Shown: positions 16,772 through 26,398, counted from the first letter of the stretch. The stretch: DNA of 27,292 nucleotides from Trichocoleus sp. (GCA_036702855.1 DATNQF010000102.1:1-27292); one strand, 5' to 3'. Translations and numbers: made by a program. Notes: a model not told the origin generated them from the letters alone.

Positions 16772-17560
16772 ATGCCTGTCGTTACACTACCCGAGCTACT
16801 AGAATCTGGGGTTCACTTCGGCCATCAAACTCGCCGTTGGAACCCCAAAATGGCACCCTACATCTTCACCTCCCGAAATGGGGTGCACATCATTGACTTG
16901 GTGCAAACCGCCAAGCTGATCGAAGACGCCTATAACTTTGTGCGCAGCTCTGCTGAGCAAGGCCAAAGGTTTTTGTTCGTTGGCACTAAGCGTCAGGCGG
17001 CTGGCATTGTTGCTCAGGAAGCAGATCGCTGCGGCTCCCACTATGTCAACCAGCGATGGCTGGGCGGCATGTTGACCAACTGGACTACAATCAAGTCCAG
17101 AGCTGATCGCCTTAAAGACCTAGAGCGCATGGCAGAAACGGGTGCAATGGCGCTGCGCCCTAAGAAAGAAGCTGCGGTCCTGCGTCGGGAGATGGAAAAG
17201 CTCCAGAAGTACTTGGGCGGAATTAAGACCATGCGCCGAGTACCCGACGTGGCCATCATCGTTGACATTCGCCGAGAGTACAACGCAGTGCAGGAGTGCC
17301 ACAAGCTTGGTATTCCTATTATCTCCTTGCTAGATACCAACTGCGACCCAGACCTGGTGGATGTGCCCATCCCTGGCAACGACGATGCGATTCGCTCGAT
17401 CAAGCTAATTCTTGGCAAGCTAGCCGATGCAATCTACGAAGGATCTCATGGCCGAGTCGATTCCGACGAAGCTTATGATGATTACGAAGGGGCTGAGGAA
17501 GACTTTGACTACGATGATGTCGATTTCCCGTCTGATGACGAGGATGAAGACAACGGTTAA
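16772..17560 (+). CDS. rpsB: 30S ribosomal protein S2
   Basis: AAAGGAGA at 16758-16765 sits 6 nt upstream of ATG 16772. The product starts [43 protein letters not shown]. The upstream extension in track ORF 16742 is spurious. The protein carries an acidic C-terminal tail ([33 protein letters not shown]). Confidence 0.9.
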   Translation: MPVVTLPELLESGVHFGHQTRRWNPKMAPYIFTSRNGVHIIDLVQTAKLIEDAYNFVRSSAEQGQRFLFVGTKRQAAGIVAQEADRCGSHYVNQRWLGGMLTNWTTIKSRADRLKDLERMAETGAMALRPKKEAAVLRREMEKLQKYLGGIKTMRRVPDVAIIVDIRREYNAVQECHKLGIPIISLLDTNCDPDLVDVPIPGNDDAIRSIKLILGKLADAIYEGSHGRVDSDEAYDDYEGAEEDFDYDDVDFPSDDEDEDNG

Positions 17561-17595
17561 ACGTAATACCATTCCTTGGTGAAGCTGATTTGAGC

Positions 17596-17613
17596 AAGGG
17601 GCGTAAGCCCCTT
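17596..17613 (+). terminator. Intercistronic GC-rich hairpin between rpsB and tsf (partial terminator or RNA processing element)
   Basis: A 7-bp stem AAGGGGC / GCCCCTT encloses a GTAA tetraloop, 36 nt after the rpsB stop. Downstream sequence is only weakly U-rich (CAATCCAGTTTTACC). Confidence 0.4.
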
Positions 17614-17733
17614 CTCAATCCAGTTTTACCGGGTGCAAACCCAAGTTGAATGGGTATAGGCTCTCCTGAGGTCACTATACAACTGCTTGATTTGTCCGCT
17701 TTGCAGATTAGCGCGTTAGGAAGTTAAGTCATC

Positions 17734-18396
17734 ATGGCAGAAATTTCTGCGAAGTTAGTAAAAGAGCTGCGCGAAGCAACTGGCGCGGGCATGATGGATT
17801 GCAAAAAAGCACTCCAGGAGAACGATGGCGACAAAGAAAAAGCCATCGAGTGGTTGCGTCAGAAAGGCATTGCGTCTGCCTCCAAAAAAGAAGGTCGGGT
17901 TGCGGCTGAAGGGCTTGTTGAAAGCTATATCCACACGGGTGGTCGAGTCGGCGTTCTTGTTGAAATCAACTGTGAAACTGACTTTGTGGCTCGGCGTGAC
18001 GAGTTCAAAGCTCTAGTTAAGGATGTGGCGATGCAGATTGCCGCTTGCCCTAACGTTGAATACGTCAAGGTCGGCGACATTCCTAGCGACATTGTGTCGA
18101 AGGAAAAAGAAATTGAGATGGGCCGGGATGATTTAGGCAATAAGCCCGAGAATATCCGAGCCAAGATCGTTGAGGGTCGCATTGAGAAGCGCCTCAAAGA
18201 GCTATCTCTGATGGATCAACCCTTCATCAAAGACCAAAACATCACTGTAGAAGAACTGGTGAAGCAAAGCGTTTCTAAGCTTGGCGAAAATATTCAGATT
18301 CGCCGCTTTTCCCGTTTTGTTTTGGGTGAAGGTATTGAGAAGGAAGAAAGCAACTTTGCAGAAGAAGTTGCAGCTCAAGCAGGTCTCAAGAGCTAA
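17734..18396 (+). CDS. tsf: Translation elongation factor Ts
   Basis: The product begins [45 protein letters not shown] (UBA-like N-terminus) and contains the core motif [22 protein letters not shown]. Its 220-aa length matches the short cyanobacterial form. The gene follows rpsB. Confidence 0.9.
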   Translation: MAEISAKLVKELREATGAGMMDCKKALQENDGDKEKAIEWLRQKGIASASKKEGRVAAEGLVESYIHTGGRVGVLVEINCETDFVARRDEFKALVKDVAMQIAACPNVEYVKVGDIPSDIVSKEKEIEMGRDDLGNKPENIRAKIVEGRIEKRLKELSLMDQPFIKDQNITVEELVKQSVSKLGENIQIRRFSRFVLGEGIEKEESNFAEEVAAQAGLKS

Positions 18397-18465
18397 GCGC
18401 TAGAGACGACTAAGCCATACTAGTTAAGAGAGTTCTTCGAGCAACTCTCTTTGACTTGGCAAATG

Positions 18466-18510
18466 CAAAGGACAGGTCTTCAACAGCCTGTCCTTTGTTG
18501 CACTTTTTCG
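18466..18510 (+). terminator. Rho-independent terminator of the rpsB-tsf operon
   Basis: A perfect 11-bp stem (CAAAGGACAGG, 18466-18476, paired with CCTGTCCTTTG, 18487-18497) has a 10-nt loop and is followed by TTGCACTTTTTCGG. A second, weaker hairpin (AAGAGAGTT...AACTCTCTT, 18426-18451) lies immediately upstream. Confidence 0.65.
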
Positions 18511-18637
18511 GAACATGAAGTGGCTTGGAGCAGATGCGGAAAAGGCAGAGCCTTCCATCACAGACCTTTGCCCGATCGTTATGCTACAGCCAAGTACCCT
18601 CGCCTCTTGCTAGGTGGTTATCTAACGCTAAAGCCTT

Positions 18638-19846
18638 ATGGTAGCTACGGTTGAACAAATCCAAAAAGAGCTGTCTGCTATCGAAGCAGCCACAGCAACG
18701 ATGGCTGAGAACTTCAAAGATCTCTATAAGAATTACCTGAAAGCACTGAGTCAGGCGGCCAGGCGTCAGCTAATTCTGGCTAGCTACTATCTTTGTACTC
18801 AAGCTTACCCAGATGCTTTTCTGCGCCTTTCAGTAGGACAGCGCCAGAAACTTCAGCAGGATCTGCGAGGGTTGGGCGATGATCTGCGGAATCGACTACT
18901 GACCTTGTTGGAAGCAGGTCCTGAGGGCTGGCAAAACACTTTACTTATTTCAGACTCACCTCCTAGTTTGCTGGCTGCATCTAAAGATCCTGATGGGGAA
19001 AAATCTTCGGGTGAAGTTGCGGACAGCATTGAAGAACTCGGCGACGAACAGGAGCAGAATACAGACACAGACACGGCTATCGAAAGTAAGCAGGAAGCCT
19101 CAGAGGCTGAATCTGGAGAAGGCGAGGCGTCTAGAGAAGTAGCTCTGTCAGAGCTACCGTTTGTCCAGGCCATGCTGATGAATGCCATGCTAGAGGCCAT
19201 GGATCCAGATATGGCAGCGGATGCCGATACTGACCAGCCGTTAACACCTTCACGTTTGGCAAAACGTCATTTTTTCATAGAGCAGCGAGTTCGCGTGACT
19301 TTGCGCCGGATTTCGAGTTTAGCGAATCGTCTGTTGCAGAAGATGGAAATATTGCCCGATCTACCGGAGGCGATATTAGCAGCGGCAACTGATGCAGATA
19401 TTCCCCTAGAGAAGACGGCTTCTGCCCCTAATCTCCTCAACGTTTTAGTGGAGATAGCGCGTGATGGTCAGAGGTTAGTGAAAGAGCCCCAGGATTCGGA
19501 TCCCGGTAGCACTGTGGAGATAGAAGAGGAGGAGGAAGACGAGGAGGACGAGGAAGATAGGGACGAAGATGAGGATGAAGAGGATAGGGAGGATGAAGGC
19601 GATGAGGATTCTCGCAATGCAACTCATCTAGTTGCCATTCATCTACGACTCTCCGATATTGAATTTGCCGATCCACAATCTTCGCTATGGCGTAGCAAAC
19701 TACGGGAGGCCTTAGGCAAGTTGAAACAACTGGGTCGCCAGTACCAAAAGAAGCAAGAGGAGCGTGCGATCGCAGAGGCCGAACTAGCCTGGAGGTCGAT
19801 TTGGTACGATGATGTGCCTAAGGATGAGCCGTCAGAGCGAGGATAG
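18638..19846 (+). CDS. Hypothetical protein with a helical N-terminal domain and a long poly-acidic (E/D) tract, positioned immediately upstream of recG
   Basis: This 402-aa ORF has an ATG start. Its N-terminus is MVATVEQIQKELSAIEAATATMAENFKDLYKNYLKALSQAARRQLILASYYL. An acidic block follows (VEIEEEEEDEEDEEDRDEDEDEEDREDEGDEDS). The TAG stop at 19844-19846 is 5 nt before the recG ATG. Confidence 0.5.
   Translation: MVATVEQIQKELSAIEAATATMAENFKDLYKNYLKALSQAARRQLILASYYLCTQAYPDAFLRLSVGQRQKLQQDLRGLGDDLRNRLLTLLEAGPEGWQNTLLISDSPPSLLAASKDPDGEKSSGEVADSIEELGDEQEQNTDTDTAIESKQEASEAESGEGEASREVALSELPFVQAMLMNAMLEAMDPDMAADADTDQPLTPSRLAKRHFFIEQRVRVTLRRISSLANRLLQKMEILPDLPEAILAAATDADIPLEKTASAPNLLNVLVEIARDGQRLVKEPQDSDPGSTVEIEEEEEDEEDEEDRDEDEDEEDREDEGDEDSRNATHLVAIHLRLSDIEFADPQSSLWRSKLREALGKLKQLGRQYQKKQEERAIAEAELAWRSIWYDDVPKDEPSERG
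19515..19609 (+). repeat. GA-rich polypurine coding tract (GAG/GAA/GAT codon repeats) encoding the poly-acidic segment of the recG-upstream protein
   Basis: GGAGATAGAAGAGGAGGAGGAAGACGAGGAGGACGAGGAAGATAGGGACGAAGATGAGGATGAAGAGGATAGGGAGGATGAAGGCGATGAGGAT. Confidence 0.7.
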
Positions 19847-19851
19847 TCTCG

Positions 19852-22413
19852 ATGACTGAGCGCCCTGCCCCTGCACCAGAGTCAACTGAGAGTCGGCTTC
19901 CGGCTCCAGACTTATTACGCTTGCAGAAGGCCCTTTCTGTCGAGGCTGAGCGGGGATTTAACGATTTAGAAGGCAAACAGCAACGCTTCAGCCAATTCCT
20001 GCACAATAGTTTGGAGCATCCTCCAGCTCAACTGCCCCCGCCCAATCGGGAGCGCTGGGAGAAGCTGTCTACACAGTACGCCAGCTACAGTGATCTCAGC
20101 TTTTCTCAGCGGCAGCACCTAGTTGCCGATACCCGGCGTGCCCTGTACGAAACCCAACGCACTTTGGAAGATTTGCAAAAGGCGAACGTACAAACCGCTA
20201 GGGAAGGTGGCTCGCTTACCAGTTTGCCTAGTCAGACATCAAGTGAACGCCAACCTCGTACGCCTAAAACGACAGAGCTGAAGCCCAGTACAACTACCAG
20301 TAATGGTCGCCTACCCACCCTAGATCAAGCCGTTACTTACCTTAAAGGCATTGGCCCCAAGAACAGCGAACGTTTGGCTAAGTTGGGGCTGTGGACCGTG
20401 CGAGATGTGCTTTACTACTACCCCCGCGACCACATCGACTATGCCAAGCAGGTTAAGATTTCGGCCTTGGTAGCAGGGGAAACGGTCACGATTGTCGGTA
20501 CGGTTAAGCAAAGCAACTGCTTTACTAGCCCGCGCAATTCCAAACTCACCATTTTTGAATTGAAGCTCGACGACGGCAGTGGCCGCATCAAGCTCAGCCG
20601 CTTTTACGCAGGTTCACGGTATGGCGTGTCTTGGCAACAGCGGCAGAAGCGCGAGTTTCCTACTGGAGCCGTTGTGGCAGCTTCGGGCTTGGTCAAAGAG
20701 AGCAAGTACGGTCTGACTCTGGAAGATCCTGACCTGGAAGTCCTAGAGGGTTCGGGTGGAGCGATTGAATCACTCACGATTGGTCGAGTGGTTCCTGTGT
20801 ATCCGCTTACTGAGGGGGTTTCGGCAGACTTGATCCGACGAGCAGTCGTGGCAGCTTTGCCTGCTGTCTCTGAACTGAAAGAACCTTTACCTAGCGCACT
20901 GCGACAGCAGTATGGCTTGATTGGGCTGGGAGATGCGATCGCACAGATTCACTTTCCAGATGATGCGGACAAACTGGCGGCTGCCCGCCGTCGTTTAGTG
21001 TTTGACGAGTTTTTCTACCTGCAACTGGGCTTGTTGCGTCGTCGCCTAGAGCAACAGCAGCAGCAAACGACTGTAACGCTGGCCCCGACAGGTGCCCTGA
21101 TCGATGCTTTTTATGAGGTCATTCCCTTTGCCCTGACGGGAGCACAACAGCGAGTCGTCAATGACATCCTCAACGATCTTCAGCAGCCCATTCCGATGAA
21201 CCGATTGGTGCAGGGGGATGTTGGCTCCGGTAAGACAGTCGTGGGAGTCATCGCTATTTTGGCAGCAATTCAAGCGGGGTATCAGGCAGCGCTAATGGCT
21301 CCGACCGAGGTATTGGCTGAGCAACACTACCGCAAGCTGGTGAGCTGGTTCACCCAGATGCATCTAACCGTGGAACTGCTAACCGGTTCGACCAAAGCGG
21401 CAAAGCGGCGAGCTATTTTCTCTGAACTGGTGACTGGGCAGCTGCCCGTTTTAGTAGGAACCCATGCCCTAATCGAAGACCCTGTGCAGTTTCAAAACCT
21501 AGGGCTTGTGGTGATCGATGAGCAGCACCGCTTCGGTGTGCAGCAGCGGGCACGACTCCAGCAAAAAGGCCCAAATCCGCATGTGCTAACCCTGACGGCT
21601 ACGCCTATTCCCCGCACCTTGGCGCTTACCCTGCATGGCGATCTAGATGTTAGTCAGATTGATGAGTTGCCACCCGGTCGAAAAGCGATTCAGACAACGC
21701 TGCTGACTGGGCGCGATCGCACTCACGCCTATGACTTAATTCGCCGGGAAATTGCTCAAGGCCATCAGGTCTACGTTGTGTTGCCCTTGGTAGAAGAGTC
21801 AGAAAAGCTAGATTTGAAGTCGGCGGTGGAGGAGCACCAGCGGTTAGCTGAGGTGATCTTCCCTGAGTTTAAAGTGGGTCTGCTGCATGGGCGGATGACC
21901 TCGGCGGAAAAGGATCACGCTATTACCGAGTTCCGCGATGGCAAAACCCATATTTTGGTGTCCACGACGGTAGTCGAAGTGGGGGTTGACGTCCCCAATG
22001 CCTCAGTGATGCTAATTGAACACGCTGAGCGCTTTGGATTGTCCCAGTTGCATCAGCTACGCGGACGGGTCGGTCGAGGGGCCGCGCAGTCCTACTGTCT
22101 GCTCATGAGTGGTAGCCGTAGTGAGGTTTCCGTGCAACGGCTCAAGGTACTGGAACAATCTCAGGATGGCTTCTTTATTGCCGAAATGGATTTGCGCTTC
22201 CGAGGGCCAGGAGAAGTGCTCGGTACCCGACAGTCGGGTTTGCCGGACTTTGCGCTAGCTAGTTTAGTAGAAGACCAAGACGTTTTAGAACTGGCTCGCA
22301 CTGCCGCAGAAGACCTGCTCAAGGAGGACAAATCGCTGGAACTGTGGCCTCGGATTAAGACGGAACTGACTCGCCGCTACGAGAAATTAATGGGCGGGGC
22401 AATCTTGACCTAA
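19852..22413 (+). CDS. recG: ATP-dependent DNA helicase RecG
   Basis: The wedge and N-terminal domain is present (LDQAVTYLKGIGPKNSERLAKLGLWTVRDVLYYYPRDHIDY). Helicase motif I is GDVGSGKTVV and motif II is VIDEQHRFGV. Motif VI is QLRGRVGRG. The ~170-aa N-terminal extension makes the start uncertain; it could lie downstream at an alternative codon. Confidence 0.85.
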   Translation: MTERPAPAPESTESRLPAPDLLRLQKALSVEAERGFNDLEGKQQRFSQFLHNSLEHPPAQLPPPNRERWEKLSTQYASYSDLSFSQRQHLVADTRRALYETQRTLEDLQKANVQTAREGGSLTSLPSQTSSERQPRTPKTTELKPSTTTSNGRLPTLDQAVTYLKGIGPKNSERLAKLGLWTVRDVLYYYPRDHIDYAKQVKISALVAGETVTIVGTVKQSNCFTSPRNSKLTIFELKLDDGSGRIKLSRFYAGSRYGVSWQQRQKREFPTGAVVAASGLVKESKYGLTLEDPDLEVLEGSGGAIESLTIGRVVPVYPLTEGVSADLIRRAVVAALPAVSELKEPLPSALRQQYGLIGLGDAIAQIHFPDDADKLAAARRRLVFDEFFYLQLGLLRRRLEQQQQQTTVTLAPTGALIDAFYEVIPFALTGAQQRVVNDILNDLQQPIPMNRLVQGDVGSGKTVVGVIAILAAIQAGYQAALMAPTEVLAEQHYRKLVSWFTQMHLTVELLTGSTKAAKRRAIFSELVTGQLPVLVGTHALIEDPVQFQNLGLVVIDEQHRFGVQQRARLQQKGPNPHVLTLTATPIPRTLALTLHGDLDVSQIDELPPGRKAIQTTLLTGRDRTHAYDLIRREIAQGHQVYVVLPLVEESEKLDLKSAVEEHQRLAEVIFPEFKVGLLHGRMTSAEKDHAITEFRDGKTHILVSTTVVEVGVDVPNASVMLIEHAERFGLSQLHQLRGRVGRGAAQSYCLLMSGSRSEVSVQRLKVLEQSQDGFFIAEMDLRFRGPGEVLGTRQSGLPDFALASLVEDQDVLELARTAAEDLLKEDKSLELWPRIKTELTRRYEKLMGGAILT

Positions 22414-22420
22414 CTGCCTC

Positions 22421-22438
22421 GTGGGAATCATGCTTATG
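22421..22438 (+). repeat. Direct repeat copy 1 (GTGGGAATCAT-GCTTAT) at the recG/MATE junction
   Basis: GTGGGAATCATGCTTATG overlaps the MATE stop codon. It matches 24131-24150 at 17 of 19 positions with a 2-nt indel. Confidence 0.4.
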
Positions 22439-23792
22439 GGCTAGGAATAGATTCCTGCTGAGGAGCCTTAGCTTGATTCAGAGTGCGGGGAAGTTGGGTG
22501 CCAAGTGCGATCGCAAGCGTCGTTACATAGCCAACCAGCGAAAGCCACAGCAGGTCATTGTTGTGCAAATACCAGGCGGTGATTGCCAAAGGAACAAACC
22601 CCACTCCAAAAGCAATTAACACCGCATTACGCAGCGTTTCGCCTTCTTTCAAGCCGATAAAATAGCCCTCAAACATAAAAGCGACTGCCGTTATTTCTAG
22701 AAGCGGCAAGAGCCAGAGGGTGTAGCTCGTAATGTGCTCACTGACCTCAGCATGATTCGTTAGCAAGCCGAAGATCGTGTCGGGAAAGAGAATTGAACTT
22801 GCGGCAAATATTAGGGCAATGGGGAGCGCTGTGAGAATAGCAACCATAAGAACTGGGCTCAAATAGTCGAGCATTCCTTTGCTCTTGAAGTTACCAATCA
22901 AGGTTTGAGTCGTTATCCCAACTCCCTGAATTGTAAATTGGCTCAATAAGGCAATTTGTAGAAGCAGTCCGTTTTGAGCTAGAGTTGCCGTCCCAAAAGC
23001 TGAACTAAGGTTGGTAAAGATGGCGTAGGTTGAAATTAACACCACAAAACGAATCAAGAGATTGCTCTTTAATGTCACCGTTTCCCGCAAAGCAGCCCCA
23101 TCTAAAACGTCCTTCCAAGCCTCCCAGAAATCTTTCCACTGAATAGTTAACCCGGCTCCAACCAGTCCTGCTAATAGGGCTAAATACTGACTGAGTGCAG
23201 TCGCTAGTCCAGCCCCAGAACTTGCCCAACCCCACTTGAAAATCATGAGGTAGTCCAGCAGAACATTCGCCCCATTGCCCACCAGTGCCATGAGGAAGAC
23301 CCAGCCATTTTTTTCTTGACCCAGAAACCAACCAATCAGTACAAAGTTGAGCAGTACAGCTGGGGCACCCCAAATGCGGCCATAGAAATACTCCACGCCG
23401 GAAGCTTCAACCTCTTGAGCCCCGCCCAGAAGGGCAAAGCCTCCCTTTTGCAGCGGATACTGTAAGGCCAAGATCAATAATCCAATGCCAAGTGCAACTA
23501 CCCCACTTCGTAGGCCAGCCAATAAGACAGCCTTTTGGTCATCTACCCCTGCGGCTTGAGCCGTTAGGGCATTAGTACTGGAGCGCAAAAACTTAAGCAC
23601 TCGGTAAAGATAATCAAACAAAATAGAGGCCAGAATCACCCCTGCTAAATGACGAATATCAGCCAGGTGACCCAGAAAAGCCGTATCCACTAGCCCAGCC
23701 AGCGGCACCATCATATTGGACAACATACTGACGGACGACAGCCGATAAAAGCGCGGCAAAAAGTCATATCGACTAGGAAGCGCAAGGGCCAT
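22434..23792 (-). CDS. MATE family efflux transporter (DinF/NorM-like)
   Basis: The 452-aa product has 12 predicted TM helices. The MATE N-terminal signature is MLSNMMVPLAGLVDTAFLGHL...TNALTAQAAGVDDQKA. The gene is convergent with recG, with only a 20-nt gap. Confidence 0.8.
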   Translation of the reverse strand: MALALPSRYDFLPRFYRLSSVSMLSNMMVPLAGLVDTAFLGHLADIRHLAGVILASILFDYLYRVLKFLRSSTNALTAQAAGVDDQKAVLLAGLRSGVVALGIGLLILALQYPLQKGGFALLGGAQEVEASGVEYFYGRIWGAPAVLLNFVLIGWFLGQEKNGWVFLMALVGNGANVLLDYLMIFKWGWASSGAGLATALSQYLALLAGLVGAGLTIQWKDFWEAWKDVLDGAALRETVTLKSNLLIRFVVLISTYAIFTNLSSAFGTATLAQNGLLLQIALLSQFTIQGVGITTQTLIGNFKSKGMLDYLSPVLMVAILTALPIALIFAASSILFPDTIFGLLTNHAEVSEHITSYTLWLLPLLEITAVAFMFEGYFIGLKEGETLRNAVLIAFGVGFVPLAITAWYLHNNDLLWLSLVGYVTTLAIALGTQLPRTLNQAKAPQQESIPSP

Positions 23793-24130
23793 CTCAATCC
23801 ACCTCTGTCCAGGATTTCCTTTCTCAAGTTACACCAGACTTTGGGCCTGAAAATGTCTATAGCAAAAGGCAGGAGGCAGAAGGCAAAGGGCAAAAGGTTG
23901 AGGGCCGCTATAGCTGCATCTTAGGCATTCGGTTTGTCTTAACTGTCTCGATGCTCACTATGTGGCTGCTACCCCAAGCTTCTGGGCAAGCCCGAAATTT
24001 GTTGACAAACTGTCCGGAAATCGATCGACCCGATAGGTATCCACCCTCTGCCCCACGAAAACACCGTTTGGCTTTGCCAGGTCTAGAGTGATCTGAGGTA
24101 GCGTAGCTCCAGGCAGGCTTGAGCAAACGG

Positions 24131-24150
24131 GTGGGAATCATATGCTTATT
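24131..24150 (+). repeat. Direct repeat copy 2 (GTGGGAATCATATGCTTAT) upstream of the flotillin ATG
   Basis: GTGGGAATCATATGCTTATT lies about 340 nt beyond the MATE start codon, so the two copies bracket the MATE gene and its promoter region. Confidence 0.4.
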
Positions 24151-24172
24151 CACTGCTTTGCAGACACAAGAC

Positions 24173-26398
24173 ATGAACACTTCGAAAGGGCTTGCTTCGG
24201 TTGGTCGGTTTCGTCAATCTCATAAAACCGTTCGCTTAGCCGCATCTGTTGCCATTTCTACACTCGCAATTGGTGCAGCCTCCGTTTTCTCCCCTTCTCT
24301 GAACAGTGCCCAGGCATTTTCGACAGTTTCGCTAGAACTTCACCCCACCCCAGCAGCCCTTGTTTCTGAAACTCCGCTCGCTGCTAGTTTGCCAGTCGCC
24401 CAACTTCAATCTGCACAACCCTTAGAGACAGCCGGCTTGTCGTGGGGACTATTACCGTTGTTGCTGCTCGGTAGCACGATGGGAATTGCCTTTGCTTCCG
24501 GTCTAGTCATTATTGGGGAGCAAGAGGTTGGCGTTGTGGCGAAAAAGTTTGCTGCCCGTAGCCTGCCGCCTGGTCGTCTCGTTGCCCTTAATGGTGAAGC
24601 TGGCTTGCAGGCTGATACCCTGGCTCCTGGCTGGCATTGGGGTTTCTGGCCCTGGCAGTACAGTATCCGCAAAGAAAAGATGATAGTGGTACCGCAGGGT
24701 GAAATTGCTTTGCTAGTGGCAAACGATGGTGCATCTATTCCACCCGAACGAATCTTGGGCAAGGTAGTATCCTGCGATAACTTCCAAGATGCCCGCAAAT
24801 TTCTCACCAACGGCGGTGAAAAAGGTCGGCAAATGGGCTTCTTGACCTCTGGTACATACCGTATCAACACAGCCTTGTTTCAGGTCATTACGGCAGCAGA
24901 TGCTGCCAAACATGGCATGTCTGCTGAGAAGCTAAAAGTACATACCGTGCAGCCAGATAAGGTAGGCATCGTTACTGCTCTGGATGGTCGCCCCATTGAG
25001 GCAGGAGAAATCGCGGGTGCTGCCTTAGATAGTCACGACAACTTCCAGAACGGCCAAAAGTTTATCCAAGCCGGAGGAAGCCGAGGCTTGCAGGAACAGA
25101 TTTTGCTATCAGGCTCTTGGAACTTGAATCCTTGGTTCGTTCAAGTAGAGCAAGTTCCCATGACCGAGATCCCTATTGGTTATGTCGGTGTAGTAATTTC
25201 CTACGTGGGTAAGGCCCATGAGGATGTCAGTGGGAGTGCTTTCACTCATGGCGACCTAGTGAGACCGGGACACAAGGGCGTGTGGACGGACCCGCTCTAC
25301 CCAGGCAAACACCCCATCAATACTCGGGTGATGAAGGTAGAACTGGTGCCTACCACCAACATTGTGCTGAACTGGTCAGGCCGAACCGAGCGACATCACT
25401 ATGATGAGAACTTGGCTTCGCTGACGGTGCGATCGCAAGATGGCTTTGCCTTTGACTTGGAGATCTCACAAATTATCCATGTTGGAGCATTAGATGCACC
25501 TAAGGTGATTTCTCGCGTTGGCTCCATGCAAAACCTGGTAGATCACGTACTAGAACCCACCATTGGCAACTACTTCCGCAACTCTGCGCAAGGTTGCACG
25601 GTGCTGGACTTCCTTAGTGCCCGTAGTGAGCGTCAGAGCGAAGCTGCTGAGTACATCAAAGTGGCGTTGCGCAGCTATGACGTGCAGGCGATAGACACCC
25701 TGATTGGCGACATCGAGCCGCCTGCCGAGCTGATGCAAACCCAAACTGACCGGAAGATTGCGGAGGAGCAGCGCAAGACCTACGAAGTCCAGCAGATGGC
25801 CCAGACCCAGCGGCAACAGTTGGTGCGGGAAACAGCGTTGGCAGATATTCAACAAGAAATGGTCAAGTCTGAACAAAGCGTTAGCATTGCTGATCTCAAG
25901 GCCCAAGCTGAGATCAAGCAGGCCACTGGTGAAGCTGAATCCACTCGCCTGAAAGCCTCTGCCGAAGCTGATTCGATTCGGGCAACGGGTACAGCCAAAG
26001 CCGAAACTTACCGAGTGGGTGTACAAGCGTTGGGAGCCAACGGATACACGGCAATGCAGCTCATGCAAATTATTGGCGATCGCAATGTGCGCCTGATCCC
26101 CGACGTACTGGTAGGCAGCAACGGTGGCGGCAACGGGTTAGTCGATGGGCTGCTTTCAATGATTCTGTGGAACCAAACTAAAGGCAATGAGGTAAACGGG
26201 ACTGCACCTACTTCGCTGCCTCATGGCGCTAAGGAAAGCACTAGAGCCAACCCAGCTACCTCACCCCAACCTACTCCAGTCGCGGCGGGAAAGAGCAACG
26301 GTGCTATGCCACAACCTCACGGCCCAGAAAACATGCCTCCTATTGAGCCGTTCCTTGCAACCGAACTGGATGAGATCTTCAAGAACAACGAGCATTAG
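24173..26398 (+). CDS. Flotillin-like SPFH/band-7 protein (YqiK family) with an extended N-terminal region
   Basis: After the TM anchor (LLPLLLLGSTMGIAFASGLVII) comes GEQEVGVVAKKFA, and the characteristic DNFQDA/DNFQNG motifs are repeated. A C-terminal coiled-coil flotillin region follows (AEEQRKTYEVQQMAQTQRQQLVRETALADIQQEM...AEADSIRATGTAKAETYRVG). The first ATG is at 24173. The track ORF starts at TTG 24119, which is rejected as less likely. Confidence 0.75.
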   Translation: MNTSKGLASVGRFRQSHKTVRLAASVAISTLAIGAASVFSPSLNSAQAFSTVSLELHPTPAALVSETPLAASLPVAQLQSAQPLETAGLSWGLLPLLLLGSTMGIAFASGLVIIGEQEVGVVAKKFAARSLPPGRLVALNGEAGLQADTLAPGWHWGFWPWQYSIRKEKMIVVPQGEIALLVANDGASIPPERILGKVVSCDNFQDARKFLTNGGEKGRQMGFLTSGTYRINTALFQVITAADAAKHGMSAEKLKVHTVQPDKVGIVTALDGRPIEAGEIAGAALDSHDNFQNGQKFIQAGGSRGLQEQILLSGSWNLNPWFVQVEQVPMTEIPIGYVGVVISYVGKAHEDVSGSAFTHGDLVRPGHKGVWTDPLYPGKHPINTRVMKVELVPTTNIVLNWSGRTERHHYDENLASLTVRSQDGFAFDLEISQIIHVGALDAPKVISRVGSMQNLVDHVLEPTIGNYFRNSAQGCTVLDFLSARSERQSEAAEYIKVALRSYDVQAIDTLIGDIEPPAELMQTQTDRKIAEEQRKTYEVQQMAQTQRQQLVRETALADIQQEMVKSEQSVSIADLKAQAEIKQATGEAESTRLKASAEADSIRATGTAKAETYRVGVQALGANGYTAMQLMQIIGDRNVRLIPDVLVGSNGGGNGLVDGLLSMILWNQTKGNEVNGTAPTSLPHGAKESTRANPATSPQPTPVAAGKSNGAMPQPHGPENMPPIEPFLATELDEIFKNNEH

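Noticed and set aside
24119-24172. TTG 24119 as the flotillin start
   Set aside because: It is a non-ATG start with no RBS, and ATG 24173 is the first ATG in frame. Even from 24173 the N-terminal region is unusually long, so the true start remains uncertain.
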